This document shows positions 1-14,109 of a DNA stretch of 64,000 nt, in pieces. The position numbers were made by a program, and so were the translations under genes. Source of the DNA: Mobula hypostoma (taxonomy: Eukaryota); the NCBI RefSeq assembly GCF_963921235.1, contig NC_086108.1:42720001-42784000 (forward strand), in the 5' to 3' direction. Every line of letters begins with the position of its first letter. Position 1 is the first letter of the stretch. A model generated the notes under the pieces. That model saw only the letters and a program-made list of their open reading frames with translations. It had not been told where the DNA came from and made no database searches.

Positions 1-1074
1 AAATGAAGGACAGTGATGCTTCCTAATCTTCCTACAGCTAAGTTTCAAATGATAATTGTTTAACCAAAAAATTATATTATAGTCCTGTAAAGTTAGTTTT
101 GTTTTAATGAATATTTTAATAAATGTGCATAAGGTATCATATGCAATAAAACTCAAGTAATCTGGGTAGGTTTGAGACTTCAGTGGTGTCAAACCAGCAG
201 ATTGTAGGGACCATTAGATGGAATTCAAAATAATGGCATAATACACTTTTAAACAACGTTTTTATGAAGCTATAATACATTTTCTAGTGAACCCAGGAAT
301 ATCAAGGGAATCGAGGGAAATGGGTCATGGTCAGTTCGAAGGGAGAGTGGAAACCAGGGCCCCAACTAATCAAAAGGGAGAATGGGAACTGGATCACGGG
401 TGATTTGGAGTGTTATTGAGCTGAAAGACAATGGAATACCTGGGGTCCCATAAGAAGGGAGTGTGGGAATTGGGATGTTGGTGAATTGGAAGAGAGCACT
501 GGAACTAGACCCCCAGTGAGTGTGGAAAGGGAGCATGGAAAGCAGCCCCACTGAGCCAGACTCCAAACAATTAAGATTTCCTAGAGAGGATTATTGGAAT
601 TCTACTAAATACGAGCTTTAATATTTACTCCTGTCTGTTATAATCCCATAGTTGTAAAATATGTGCAGGGAACAAATAAAAGCTAAGGAACTTAACTAAG
701 TATTACTTAAGATTTATTCCTGGCATATCATAAATATTAGAAATTACAAACTCGGAAATATATTTTATGCAATTTGATTCTTTTGTCTATCTATATCAAG
801 CACATCTCATTTATCACCATTTCACAGAGCCTCTATGTCTGTGAGTTTTCATTTCTGGTCCATAAGATCACACTGCACCAGCCTAAGACTCAAACTGTTA
901 AGCACAGTTTATCAAATGTCATGACTCAGGGAGCATCCCATGTCTACATAAGGGTATTCCCCCGGTTCAGTAGTTGAACCCACAACTTACCAAACAGAGT
1001 GCAAATACATACTGTATGTCTCCATTTCTTTTTAAGCCAGGACAATCTAACTTATTGGTCATGGGCTTACAAAA

Positions 1075-1340
1075 TTAGAAAGGGCTGAGAACAGAGAGAG
1101 GTGAGGAGGAATTTCTTTAGCCAGAGGGTAGTGAATCCATGGAATTCTTTCCCACAGTCATCGGTGAAGAATAGATCATTGAGTATATTTAAAATGAAGG
1201 TTGATAGGTTCTTGATTAGTCAGGGTGTCAAAGATTATTGGGAGAAGGCAGGAGAATGGGATTGAGAGGAATAATAAATCAGCCAGTATGGAATGTCAGG
1301 GCAGGCTCGATGGTCTAATTTTGTTCCTATGTTTTATGAT
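1075..1340 (+). mobile_element. CR1 3' fragment
   Basis: gaggaggaatttctttagccagagggtagtgaat... matches the other CR1 3' ends in the window. Confidence 0.8.
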
Positions 1341-2569
1341 TTAAATTAATTAAAGGAGAACTTGGGCAGTGGATAAATACTGACTGAGAATTCTATTTTG
1401 TACTTCAGTAGAAGAATAGTCAAATGTAAATACTGTGGTATTCTGTTTTAAGATTAACAACTCTACGTAGCCACAAAACGAGACACAGGCAAGAAAAGAT
1501 CTGAAAGCAACACACATCAAAGTTCTGGTGAACGCAGCAGGCCAGGCAGCATCTCTAGGAAGAGGTGCAGTCGATGTTTCAGGCCGAGACCCTTTGTCAG
1601 GACTGGTCTGAAATATTTGTTTCATGTAACAAGCACTGAAGAGTGCAATTATACTCCAGCTCGCAGACTGAGAACTTTAGTTGCATTTTGATTTTCAAGA
1701 AGTCAAAATCCTATATAGATTTCACTTGGCTTCTACATGAGTGGAAATATAACTGTCTTTAAGAAAGAAAGGACAGGTTTATGTGACCTGCATGTCTATT
1801 ATTGTCCTTAGTTAGAGCCTTCAGAAATGTGGGTATCGAGGGAGAGAGGGAGAGGAGAGCCATCCGCAGTACCACCGAAGCAGCAGAGAGGGCCTCAAGA
1901 TGGCTGTGGCTCAAAAGAGGGGAGCCATGGAGTCATAAGTAGCTAGCCATCTGGACACAAGCTGGAGTCTGATCAGCCCCGGCTGGGTCACCTGGAGGAG
2001 GTTGTATGATGTTGAAAGACCTGAAACACCTGCTGATTCCAGGAACATCACTGAAGATGTGTCCAGAAGCATCAATAGATGTATGTACACAGCAGAACTA
2101 AGGCTTTTCCTATGAAGTGAAGTCTTTTCATGGTGTAGTTGTTTGTAAGTTGTCAAGTCAAGGTTATTGTTAAATGCACAAGTACAGTGATATGCAAATA
2201 CAATGGAAAATTTGCTTTTGACTGTTGGCAAACCTGCAACCAGTTTGTAGAAGGTAAGGTCCTACAAGCAACAATGAAATAAATGGCAAGGTTATCTACT
2301 TTCTGGTGATGTTTGTTGAGGAATATATGCCACCATCCCAAAAAGACTCCTCTGTTCTTCTCTCTTTAATCAATAACACTAGGGGATATTTTAAATCCAC
2401 AAGAGAAGTCAAGAAGAACCAAAGTATAAAGTTTCACCTGAAAGACTGTACCTTATATGAAGCAGTATTTTCTCAACATGGTATTGAAGCATTAGTTCAT
2501 GTAATAAGCACATTCATGTCCAGAACTTAAAAGCATCTGATTCAGCAGATATCAAAGCTGGTATTATAG

Positions 2570-4108
2570 GGGAATAAAGGAAAGCAAATCCCTGCAGCTA
2601 CCGGTGACCCTGTGATCTCTGTCTAGGAGACTGATGTCACAAATCAAGAGGGTTAATCCTCGCAGAGCATCAGGCACTAATGATGCATCTGGTAGGACTC
2701 CGAAAACCTGTGCTAACCAACTGGCGGGAGTGCTCAAGGACATCTTCAATCTCGCACTGCTGCAGTTGGACCATCTCACAGGCTTCAAAAGGGTGACAAT
2801 GATACCAGTGCCCAAGAAGAGCAGGGTGAGATGCCCCAATGACTATCACCCAGATACACTCACATATACTGTGATGAAGTGTTCTGAGAAGTCGTTCATG
2901 GCCAGAATCAACTCCTGCTAAACAAGGACCTAATCCCGCTCCAATTTACCTATTGGTACAATAAGTCTACAGCAAATGCCATCTCACTGGCTCTCCATTT
3001 GGCCTTGGATCATCTGAACACCAGCAATACTCATGTCAGGCTGCTGTTTATTGATTACAACTCAGTGTTCAACACCATCATACCATCAGTCTAATCAATA
3101 AGCTCCACAACCTTGGCCTCTGTACATTGCTTTGCAACTTGATCCTTGACCTCCTTACTGGGAGACATTAGTCAGTGTGGACTAGAAATAACATTTTCTC
3201 CTCGCTGACAACCAACATTGGCACTCTTCAAGGATGCGTGCTTAGCCCACTGCTCTGTTCTGTCTACATCCATGAATATGTGGCTAGGCACATCTCAAGT
3301 GCCATCTATAAATTTGTCAATGACACAATTATTGGCAGAATTTCAGTTGCTGATGAGGAGGTGTACAAGAGTGAGATAGATCAGTTGGCTGAGTGGTGTC
3401 ACAACAACAACCTTGGACTCAACAACAATAGACCAAGGAACTGACTGTGGATTTCAGGAAGGGAATGTCAAGGGAACACACACCATTCCTTATCGAGGAA
3501 TCAGCAGTGGAAAGGGTCAAGTTCCCGGGTGTCAACAGCTCTGAAGATTTATCCTGGGCCTAACATATTGACGCAATTACAAAGGAGGCATAACAGCAGC
3601 TATGTTTCATTAGGACTTTTGAAGAGTCTTGTTATGTCACCAAAGACTCTCCCAAATTACTGCAGATGTACCGTGGAGAGCACTCAAATAGGTTGTATCA
3701 CTGTCTGGTACAGAGGAGCCACTGCATACCAGGGCCATCACGGGTACAATCTTCCCTGCATCGAGGACATTTTCAAAAGGTGATGCCTCGAAAAGGTGGT
3801 ATCCATTATTAAGGGCCCCCATCACCTAGGATACGTCCTTTTCTCATTGCTACCGTAAAGGAGGAGGTGCAGGAGCTTGAAGACACGCACTCAACATTTG
3901 AGGGACAGCTTCTTCTCATCTGCCATCCAACGACCTCATTAATTTTTTAGTGGTCTGCTCCCTTTTTGCACTACTTGTTTAATTTTTTATATATATATAT
4001 ATCTTATTATAATGTATAGTTTTAAAATTATGTATTACATTGTACTGTTGTTGCAAAACAACAAATTTCACAACATATGCCAGTGATATTAAACTTGATT
4101 CTGATTCT
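2570..4108 (+). mobile_element. Rex1/Babar-type LINE, 5'-truncated and decayed
   Basis: CANQLAGVLKDIFN, QGCVLSPLL; (GATTCT) tail; homologous to 59531-61279. Confidence 0.88.
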
Positions 4109-5486
4109 CATTGTTATTCTGGATGCCTTACACTTTTACACAAAAATTGTAAATTTTGTTTTTTTAATTAAGTTATGTGCATATACAAAGTAGAAACAGA
4201 TGGCAAAGAAATCCAACTTTGATGCTCACACTGAACACATGTAAAAGAATCAGCTGCTCCTTGTACCTACCTCCCGCGTGTTTAATTCTATGACGGGATC
4301 GGAGGTGATGAGCTGAGCACTGACTAATACTCCTGCACACATTCAGCAGGTACACTAAAGACCAACATTTCCTTTGCAGAATTTTACATTTGCAAAGATA
4401 CCACTCAGTACATCATGCCTAAATAAGCTTCCTGAAGCAGTTATAGTTAGTCTTTACCCCACAATCTTACAGTTTTTTATGGGTGCAGCAAGTCTGTTCT
4501 TTCCCCCCAAAGCAATTTGCAAACCAGGTTTGGGTACTTGATTTACTCTACATTTAGGAAGTGGTACAAGATTCCATCCTCACCACTGCTCAATGTTACA
4601 CTCAGTAATCTGATTAAACACTCTTTTCTGAATTTACACTTGTTTTGACATCAGTGTAGAATTGAAATCACTCCAAATCCTAAACTTATTAGGAAATGTG
4701 AAGATTGAATTTTAAGGATAATTTTTAGTAAACATATAATCAAAGATATGGATGGCAGTGCATTAGCAGAACTTCTCTCTTCTGTTTTACAGCCTCCAGG
4801 TATAAAGATCAAAGAGCTGCAAACAAGCAAATCTGTGTTTCTCCGCGTTAACTGCAAAGGTGGAGCTCCCTCAAGTTTATATTTAATTATGAAAATAATA
4901 CCCGGTTTTAAGAGCCTACTACCAAAATCGGTCGTTAACAAAGTTACATTTTCAGAGTTGTTCTTTTATCAAGTTTCCCCCATAAACTTAGAGTCTAAAA
5001 ATGCAGTGTGTATGCAAAGTCTGAGTGAAGACCTGGTGGGTCTTGGTATTGCTATCCTTCAGCTCTCAGTAAGATACTTACATTCTCTCTTGAGATTTCA
5101 CATGTGAAAGTGGTTTCTGGGAAGGACAGGATAGTCCAACTAGAGGAAGGGCCGGACTGGACCAAGACTAGCCAGCTGGCTGGCTTTCCAGTGGGAGAGC
5201 AAATTGGAAACAGTGATCACAACTCCCTCAGTTTTAATATAGTTATGAATAAAGATTTGTCTGGAGTTAGGGGGGAGGTATTAAAATTAGGGCAGGACAA
5301 ATGATATCATTATTGGACAGGACCTCAGGAGAGTGAATCAAAAGCATATTTTATTTGTTAAGTCCACAGCTAACATGTGGATGTCACTTAAAGATCAGCT
5401 GATCAGAGTTTAGGACAGTCATGTTCCAGTAAGAAGGAAGGACAAAGTGGTAAGGGCACCTTGGACGATCAAGTCAAGTCACTTTT

Positions 5487-8400
5487 CAGGTCACAGATCT
5501 CTCAGTGGGTGAGCATCTGGGGGACAGTGACCACTGCTCCCTGGCCTTTAGCATTATCATGGAAAAGGACAGAATCAGAGAGGACAGGAAAATTTTTAAT
5601 TGGGGAAGGGCAAATTATGAGGCTATAAGGCTAGAACTTGCAGGTGTGAACTGGGATGATGTTTTTGCAGGGAAATGTACTATGGACATGTGGTCGATGT
5701 TTAGAGATCTCTTGCAGGCTGTTAGGGATAAATTTGTTCCGGTGAGGAAGATAAAGTATGGTAGAGTGAAGGAACCATGGGTGACAAGTGAGGTGGAAAA
5801 TCTAGTCAGGTGAAAGAAGGCAGCATACATGAGGTTTAGGAAGCAAGGATCAGATGGGTCTATTGAGGAATATAGGGAAGCAAGAAAGGAGCTTAAGAAG
5901 GGGCTGAGAAGAGCAAGAAGGGGGCATGAGAAGGCCTTGTCAAGAGGGGTAAAGGAAAACCCCAAGGCATTCTTCAATTATGTGAAGGAAAAAAGGAGTG
6001 AAGGTAGGACTGATTAGAGATAAAGTTGAGAAGATGTGCATGGAGGCTCTGGAAGTGAGCGAGGTCCTCAATAAATACTTCTATAAATATTTTTTATATA
6101 TATTAGTTTCTGGGGGATCATCTATATAACATATATCTTTGGAGTTGCCTCCTGCAGAAATGGGGTTAGAGTTAGTCTTAGTTAGTGCTTTCTTCAGCCT
6201 TCTCTAGCTTAGTTCGGGGGTCTTGGGGTTGGTGGGTGGGGTAGTCTCTTTCTTTTTCAATTTTTTGTATTGGGCTGATTTAGAACTACAAAGATGTCCG
6301 CAGTGTCGAGATTTCCAGTTCCTCTCTGATCATGTATTCCTCTTCCGATTTCATGAGTTTACATTATGGTTAACCCTTTACTTACCAAAGGGTCAATCTC
6401 AAATTATGGTTCGCATTATTAATTTTGTCTCTTGGAATACAAATGGTTTAAACCATCCAATTAAATGGAAAAAGATTTTCAAAGCATTCCAAAGACTGAA
6501 TGCTCATATTATTTTTGCACAAGAAACTCATGTAAGGAAAGAGGATAATCAACGCTTCTTTAAGTTTTGGAAAGAACAACAATACCATTCAAACGCTCAA
6601 GCCAAAATTAAAGGCGTTACAATTTTTATAGATCCCTCAATTACATTTATTCATCAAGACATTAGCTCAGATCCTAATAGCAGATTTTTGTTAATCACTG
6701 GGGTACTTTTTAATAAAAAGGTTGCTATGGTTAATGTTTACGCTCCCAATGTGGATTATCCTGAATTTTTTAAACACCTATTCACTTCCTTTCCTAACTT
6801 AAACGAGTATATGCTGATAATGGGCGGTGATTTTAGCTTATGTTTGAATCCCATGTTGGACAGATCCATAGGTAGTCCGGCTTTACCAAATATGTCGTCT
6901 ACTCTTATTAACTCTTTTATGTTTGATTCTGGGATTTCAGAAATTTGGAGATTTCTACATCCAAACGACAAAGAATTCTCTTTTTTTTCACACGTTCATC
7001 GTTCTTATTCCCGAATTGACTATTTTTTTTATTGACTCTCGATTAATCCCATCTGTAGTTGATTGTAATTATGACATTATTGCCATTTCAGATCATGCTC
7101 CAATGAAACTTTCTATCAAGTTAATGGATACTTCTTTTACTAATAGACAATGGCGATTTAACCCTATTTTACTTCAAGACTCGAACTTTGTCAAGTTTAT
7201 AAAGGATCAGATTGATTTCTTCTTTTCAATTAATACTATGGAAAAAGTTTCCAATGGAACTGTTTGGGACGCTTTTAAAGCTTATATCTGTGGTCAGATT
7301 ATTTCCTATTCGGCTGGTTTGAAAAGACGTGTTAACAATGAAATACTTTTGTTGGTTGATAAAATTAAAGAAATCAATAAAAAATATGCTATTTCTCCCA
7401 GTAAGGAACTATACAAACACAGAGTTGAACTTCAATTGGAACATAGCTTATTATTAACATCCTCGATCGAAAATCAATTAATGAGAACTAGAAGTGATTT
7501 TTATATTCATAGTGATAAATCAGGTAAATTATTGGCTAATCAATTGAAATTTGATTTGGTTAAACGTCAAATTACTGAGATTCATAAACACGATGATACG
7601 TTCACAGTTGATCATGTTGGGATAAACAAAACCCTTCAAGAATTTTACACCTCTCTATATCACTCAGATTTTCCTCATGATTCTAATTTCATGCATGATT
7701 TTTTAGGTAAGTTGAATTTCCCAAAATTATCACCCGAAGATTGTTTATCATTAGAAACTCCCATTACAGAGGGAGAAATAATAACCGCAATCTCATCATT
7801 GAATTCTGGTAAAGCACCCGGTCTGGACAGGTTTACAGTGGAATTTAAAAAATTTTTTTCCTCCATTCTCTCTCCAAGGTTGTCTAGAATATTCAAAGAA
7901 GCAATCAGATTAGGTAAATTACCACAATTGTTTTATGAAGCCTCTATTTCCTTAATCCTTAAAAAGAATAAAGATCCTACTGTTTGTGCATCATACAGAC
8001 CAATATCTCTTTTGAACGTAGATTCAAAAATTTTTTCAAAAATTCTAGCAACCAGGTTTGAGAAGGTATTACCTCAAGTTATATCTATGGATCAAACCAG
8101 ATTTATTAAAAATCGTTATTCATCCTTTAATATTAGGAGGTTAATGAATGTTGTTTATACTCCCTCACTTACTACCCCGGAATGTATTATCTCACTAGAT
8201 GCTGCGAAAGCCTTTGACAGAGTCGAATGGCCTTATTTATTTAATGTTCTTGAGAAATTTAATCTTAGTCTGACATTTATATCTTGGATTAAATTGTTAT
8301 ATTACTCCCCGGAAGCCTCGGTTTGTACTAATAATCATAGATCTCCTTTTTTTCGTCTTTTTCATGGTACTAGACAAGGATGTCCTCTTAGTCCTTTACT

Positions 8401-11400
8401 TTTCAATATCGCCCTTGAACCTTTAGCAATTGCTATCCGTGACTTGCCCAATATTTTTGGTATTACCCGTGGAAACGAAACACATAAATTATCACTATAT
8501 GCAGATGATTTGTTATTATACATCTCCAATCCGGAGAAGTCAATTCCTGCTATTCTAGGTTTGTTGGCTCAATTTAGTAACTTTTCTGATTACAAATTGA
8601 ATCTTAATAAGAGTGAATTATTCCCCCTAAATAAGCAGGTACCTATTTATGGACTTTACCATTTAAATTGGTTACTGATTCATTTATATATTTAGGGATA
8701 ACAATTACGAAAAAGTATAAAGATTTATTTAAAGCTAATTTTTTACCTTTAATTGATCAGATTAAACTTTTGTTTACCAAATGGTCGCCAATCTCTTTGT
8801 CTTTGATTGGTCAGATTAATGCTATTAAGATGATCATTTTGCCCAAATTTTTATATGTATTTCAATCGGTTCCAATTTTTATCCCAAAATCTTTTTTCGA
8901 TAACATAGACTCAAAAATTTCCTCATATATATGGCAGAATAAAAATCCTAGGTTAGGTAAAAGGTATTTACAGAAACCTAAAAAGGAGGGGGGGCTTGCC
9001 CTCCGGAATTTCAGATTCTATTATTGGGCAATTAATATTTGATATTTAAAATTTTGGTTACGAGATTTGGATGTATCTTTAAATCCACAGTGGGTAAATC
9101 TTGAATGTAATCATTACAAGGGTTTTCCTTGGGTTCGGTTTTAGGAACTTGGCTTCCTTTTACTTCTTCCAAATTGTATAATCAAATGAACAACCCAATA
9201 GTTAAGCATACTTTACGTATATGGTTTCAATTTCGAAGAATTTTTGGGTTTAATCAATTTATTTTAGCAAGTCCTATTATATCTAATTTCCTTTTTCAAC
9301 CTTCCACTATGGATCAAGCTTACTTTGATTGGAAAACCAAAGGTATAATACGTTTTCGTGATTTATTTCTGGATAATTGTTTCATGTCTTTTGATCAACT
9401 TTCTAATAAACATAACTTACCCAGATCTCACTTTTTTAGATATCTACAGATTAGAAACTTTTTAATTATTGTTTCTCCTAATTTTCCACACCCATATCCA
9501 ATGGACACTTTGGAAAAAATTTTAGATTTAAATCTCTCTCAGAAAAGTGTTGTAGCAATTATATATAATATAATTATGAATTTATGTCCTGATGTTTCCA
9601 ATAAAATTAAAGCTGACTGGGAAAGTGAACTTAACATTATTATACCGATTGAAAAATGGGAAAAAATTCTTCAGTTGGTTAATTCATCCTCTGTGTGTGC
9701 TAAACATGTGTTGATACGGTTTACAGTAGTGCACAGGGCTCAGACGTCTAAAGATAAACTATCTCGTTATTATTCTTATACTAACCCAATATGTGATAGA
9801 TGTCATTCCCAGATAGCTTCTTTAACTCACATGTTTTGGTCATGTTCTTCGTTGGAAAAATATTGGAAAGATATTTTTGACATTATTTCAACAGTTTTGA
9901 ATATAGACTTACAACCTCATCCAATTACTGCTATCTTTGGATTACCAATGATAGATTCAAATTATCTAACCTCTTCAGCACGTAGGATGATTGCATTTCT
10001 TACTCTAATGGCTAGAAGATCCATTTTGCTGAATTGACAAGAGATTAACCCTCCTACAGTATTTCATTGGTTTTCACAAACTATGGTGTGTTTGAATTTG
10101 GAAAAAATTAGAAGTGTGGTTTATGACCCTTCCATTAAATTTGAAAAAACTTGGAGGCCATTCATTCAGCATTTTCATTTGATGTAATTTGACCATTTCC
10201 AAACTTATTTTATCTCTCTGTACTGTTGGTTGAGAGGAATGGAGTCGTCGATATTAAGGTTTTCTTCTTTCCCATTTTCAAGTTGTTAGTATTGCCCAAG
10301 TCTTTTAGTTTAGTTGACTAATTCTGTTTAGTTTAGTTTTTGGGGATTGGGTTTGTTTTTTTTTCTATTTTTTTTCTTTTTCATGATTTTTCTTCAGTTC
10401 TTTTTTTTGCTTTGTATTATTCACTATTATTCTGCACGATTGGGAGCTTTGTTAATTTTTACTATTTGGTTTTACAATTACTCATTTTAAATGTAACAAT
10501 GTATCTCCTACTACTTGTATTTTTGCTTTGTTATGTTTTCATTCTATGAAATTAATAAAAAGATTGAAAAAGGAAAGAGAAAAAAAAACTTCTCTTCGGT
10601 ATTCACCAATGAGAGGGAACTTGATGATGGTGAGGACAATATGAGTGAGGTTGATGTTCTGGAGCATGCTGATATTAAGGGAGAGGAGGTGTTGGAGTTG
10701 TTAAAATACATTAGGACGGATAAGTCCCTGGGGCCTGACAGAATATTCCCCAGGCTGCTCCACGAGGCAAGGGAAGAGATTGCTGAGCCTCTGGCTAGGA
10801 TCTTTACGTCCTCGTTGTCCATGGGAATGGTACCGGAGGACTGGAGGGAGGCGAATGTTGTCCCCTTGTTCAAAAAAGGTAGTAGGGATAGTCCGGGTAA
10901 TTATAGACCAGTGAGCCTTACGTCTGTGGTGGGAAAGCTGTTGGAAAAGATTCTTAGAGATAGGGTCTCTGGGCATTTAGAGAATCATGGTCTGATCAGG
11001 GACAGTCAGCATGGCTTTGTGAAGGGCAGATAGTGTCTAACAAGCCTGATAGAGTTCTTTGAGGAGGTGACCAGGCATATAAATGAGGGTAGTGAAGTGG
11101 ATGTGATCTATATGGATTTTAGTAAGGCATTTGACAAGGTTCCACACGGTAGGCTTATTCAGAAAGTTAGAAGGCATGGGATCCGGGGAAGTTTAGCCAG
11201 GTTATTCAGAATTGGCTTGCCTGCAGAAGGCAGAGGGTGGTGGTGGAGGGAGTACATTCAGATTGGAGGATTGTGTCTAGTGGTGTCTCACAAGGATCTG
11301 TTCTGGGACCTCTACTTTTCGTGATTTTTATTAACGACCTGGATGTGGGGGTAGAAGGGTGGGTTGGCAAGTTTGCAGACGACACAAAGGTTGGTGGTGT

Positions 11401-12264
11401 TGTAGATAGTGTAGAGGATTGTCAAAGATTGCAGAGGGACATTGATAGGATGCAGAAGTGGGCTGAGAAGTGGCAGATGGAGTTCAACCTGGATAAGTGT
11501 GAGGTGGTACACTTTGGAAGGACAAACTCCAAGACAGAGTACAAAGTAAATGGCAGGATACTTGGTAGTGTGGAGGAGCAGAGGGATCTGGGGGTACATG
11601 TCCACAGATCCCTGAAAGTTGCCTCACAGGTGGATAGGGTAGTTAAGAAAGCTTATGGGGTGTTAGCTTTCATAAGTCGAGGGATAGAGTTTAAGAGTTG
11701 CGATGAAATGATGCAGCTCTATAAAATTCTGGTGAGGCCACACTTGGAGTACTGTGTCCAGTTCTGGTCGCCTCACTATAGGAAGGATGTGGAAGCATTG
11801 GAAAGGGTACAGAGGAGATTTACCAGGATGCTGCCTGGTTTGGAGAGTATGCATTATGTTCAGCGATTAAGGGAGCTAGGGCTTTACTCTTTGGAGAGAA
11901 GGAGGATGAGAGGAGACATGATAGAGGTGTACAAGATAATAAGAGGAATAGATAGAGTAGATAGGCAGTGCCTCTGCCCCAGGGCACCACTGCTCAATAC
12001 AAGAGGACATGGCTTTAAGGTAAATGGTGGGAAGTTCAAGGGGGATATTAGAGGAAGATTTTTTACTCAGAGAGTGGTTGGTGCGTGGAATGCACTGCCT
12101 GAGTCAGTGGTGGAGGCAGATACACTCGTGAGGTTTAAAAGACTACTAGACAGGTATATGGAGAAATTTAAGGCAGGGGCTTATATGGGAGGCAGGGTTT
12201 GAGGGTCGGCACAACATTGTGGGCCGAAGGGCCTGTACTGTGCTGTACTATTCTATGTTCTATG
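5487..12264 (+). mobile_element. CR1 LINE, 5'-truncated, split by the L1 insertion
   Basis: ORF2 pieces GDSDH, NYRPVSLTS, QGSVLGPLLF, FADD, RPHLEYCVQFW; (TTCTATG) 3' tail. Confidence 0.92.
6083..10587 (+). mobile_element. L1-clade LINE, 5'-truncated, with complete but frameshifted ORF2
   Basis: APE endonuclease (SWNTNGL, QETH, NVYAPN, GDF, SRID, SDH), RT (QGCPLSPLLF, YADD), CCHC (CDRC...HMFWSC); AATAAA plus A-rich tail; TSD ACTTCT (6077-6082, 10588-10593). Confidence 0.93.
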
Positions 12265-12910
12265 TTTATTGTCATTTTGACCATAACTGCTGGTACAGTA
12301 CACAGTAAAAATGAGACAATGTTTTTCAGGACCATGGTGCTACAAGAAATACACTGAACTATGTAAAATAACACAAAACTACCCTAGACTACAGACCTAC
12401 CCAGGACTGCATAAAGTGCACAAAACAGTGCAGGCATCACAATAAATAATAAACAAGACAATAGGCACAGTAGAGGGCAGTAGGTTGGTGTCAGTCTAGG
12501 CTCTGGGTATTGAGGAGTCTGATGGTTTGGGGGAAGAAACTGTTACATAGTCTGGTCATGAGAGCCCGAATGCTTCGGTGCCTTTTGCCAGATGGCAGGA
12601 GGGAGAAGAGTTTGTATGAGGGATGCGTGGGGCCCTTCATAATGCTGTTTGCTTTACGGATGCAGCGTGTGGTGTAAATGTCTGTAATGGCAGGAAGAGA
12701 GACCCCGATGATCTTCTCAGCTGACCTCACTATCTGCTGCAGGGTCTTGCGATCCGAGATGGTGCAATTTCCGAACCAGGCAGTGATGCAGCTGCTCAGG
12801 ATGCTCTCAATACAACCTCTGCAGAATGTGGTGAGAATGGGGGCTGGGAGATGGACTTTTCTCAGCCTTTGCAGAATGTAGAGACGCTGCTGGGCTTTCT
12901 TTTCTATGGA
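12265..12910 (-). mobile_element. Rex1/Babar-type LINE 3' fragment (tail remnant also at about 5470-5486)
   Basis: RSAEKIIG...HPSYKLFSLLPSGKR...NSFFPQTIRLLN, the typical Rex1 C-terminus. Confidence 0.75.
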
Positions 12911-14109
12911 GCTATGATGAGGGAGGTTTTAAATTTATTCAAAATGAAAAAGGAGTTACATGTAAGGTTTAGGAAGCTAAAATCAGCCAGGGTCTTTGAG
13001 GAATATAAAGAAAACCTTAAGGAACTCAAAGAACTTGCAAGCACATGAAATGCCCTTGGCAAGTAGGCATCAAACCCTGGCTCATCCTGGCCCTTCCCAT
13101 CAAAATCTATCTATTCCATTCTCCCTCGTCCACTAGTCTAGATTTTTTTTTACATTCATTTAAACATCAAATCCTCCCTGTGGTGGCGAGTTCAGCTGTC
13201 TGAGGTAGTAGTTCAGCCAACTTCCTTCTTCTCTTCATCTACCATACAATCTTTATTCCCTAGAGAGAGAGAGAGAGATTATTAATCGTTAAAAAAATTG
13301 TTAATTTTGTGTTAATAATGAACCTTGGATCTGAATTCCTATAGTTAACTAATATATTGGTAAATGTGCTTTTCCTAATGTTGTGAATATTTTAAATGTG
13401 TAATTTTGTTCCTGCTTTGCTACATATTGCAAACAGTATGTCACGATCTGCCTTATGATAATCCTTTCTAATATTGTAACCTACTATCAACCTTCTTATC
13501 TATAATCGAACACACTGGCTTGCATTCAATACTGCAAAGCAATTTTGTTTTGTCACATCCCCGAGGGCTTGGATTTGTGTTGAGAAACGATTCCATGATA
13601 CATGGCACCACCACAAGCTCATCTAAGCGGCCGAAGGCAAAGACTTCTCCACTATCATTGGCTTAGAAATTGGCTGAAGTACGAAGTACAGAGTTACGGC
13701 AGGAGTGTTAATGGAAATTAACACCCTTACTGAATTTACAGAATTTGGAGATCAAAAAATTTGAGATACAGAATAAATATTTGACTTTATGGCATTTATA
13801 AGTGATTTTTTTAGAACTAAATAAATACAAATTGCAAAAGAAACAACAAATTTTGCCAATTTTTGAAAAGGGTCCACATTATCGAAAATCACAATATGGA
13901 AAGTTTCCAAACTCTCTGTATCTTGAGGGTGTCCTATATTGTATTTCAGGGCTGAGAAAGGTTCAATGAGTGCTTAAACCCTGATACTTCACAATTAATT
14001 GGTTGATTCAAATCAATTTTGATGTTTGTCTGACAATAATCCATTAGCTTTTTGTGACTGTGAATATGCAGGATCACATTTTCACTGTCAAATTTCCCTC
14101 TTCTTTGCT

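Noticed and set aside
4271..4354. Possible 84-nt minus-strand exon (tttag|TGTACC...GGAG|gtaggt)
   Set aside because: Splice sites are plausible and one frame is open, but the peptide is unrecognised and unsupported; RNA-seq would be needed.
4748..5107. 119-aa ORF with a good splice acceptor at 4792 (PPGIKIKELQTSK...)
   Set aside because: No recognisable domain, weak donor and no partner exons.
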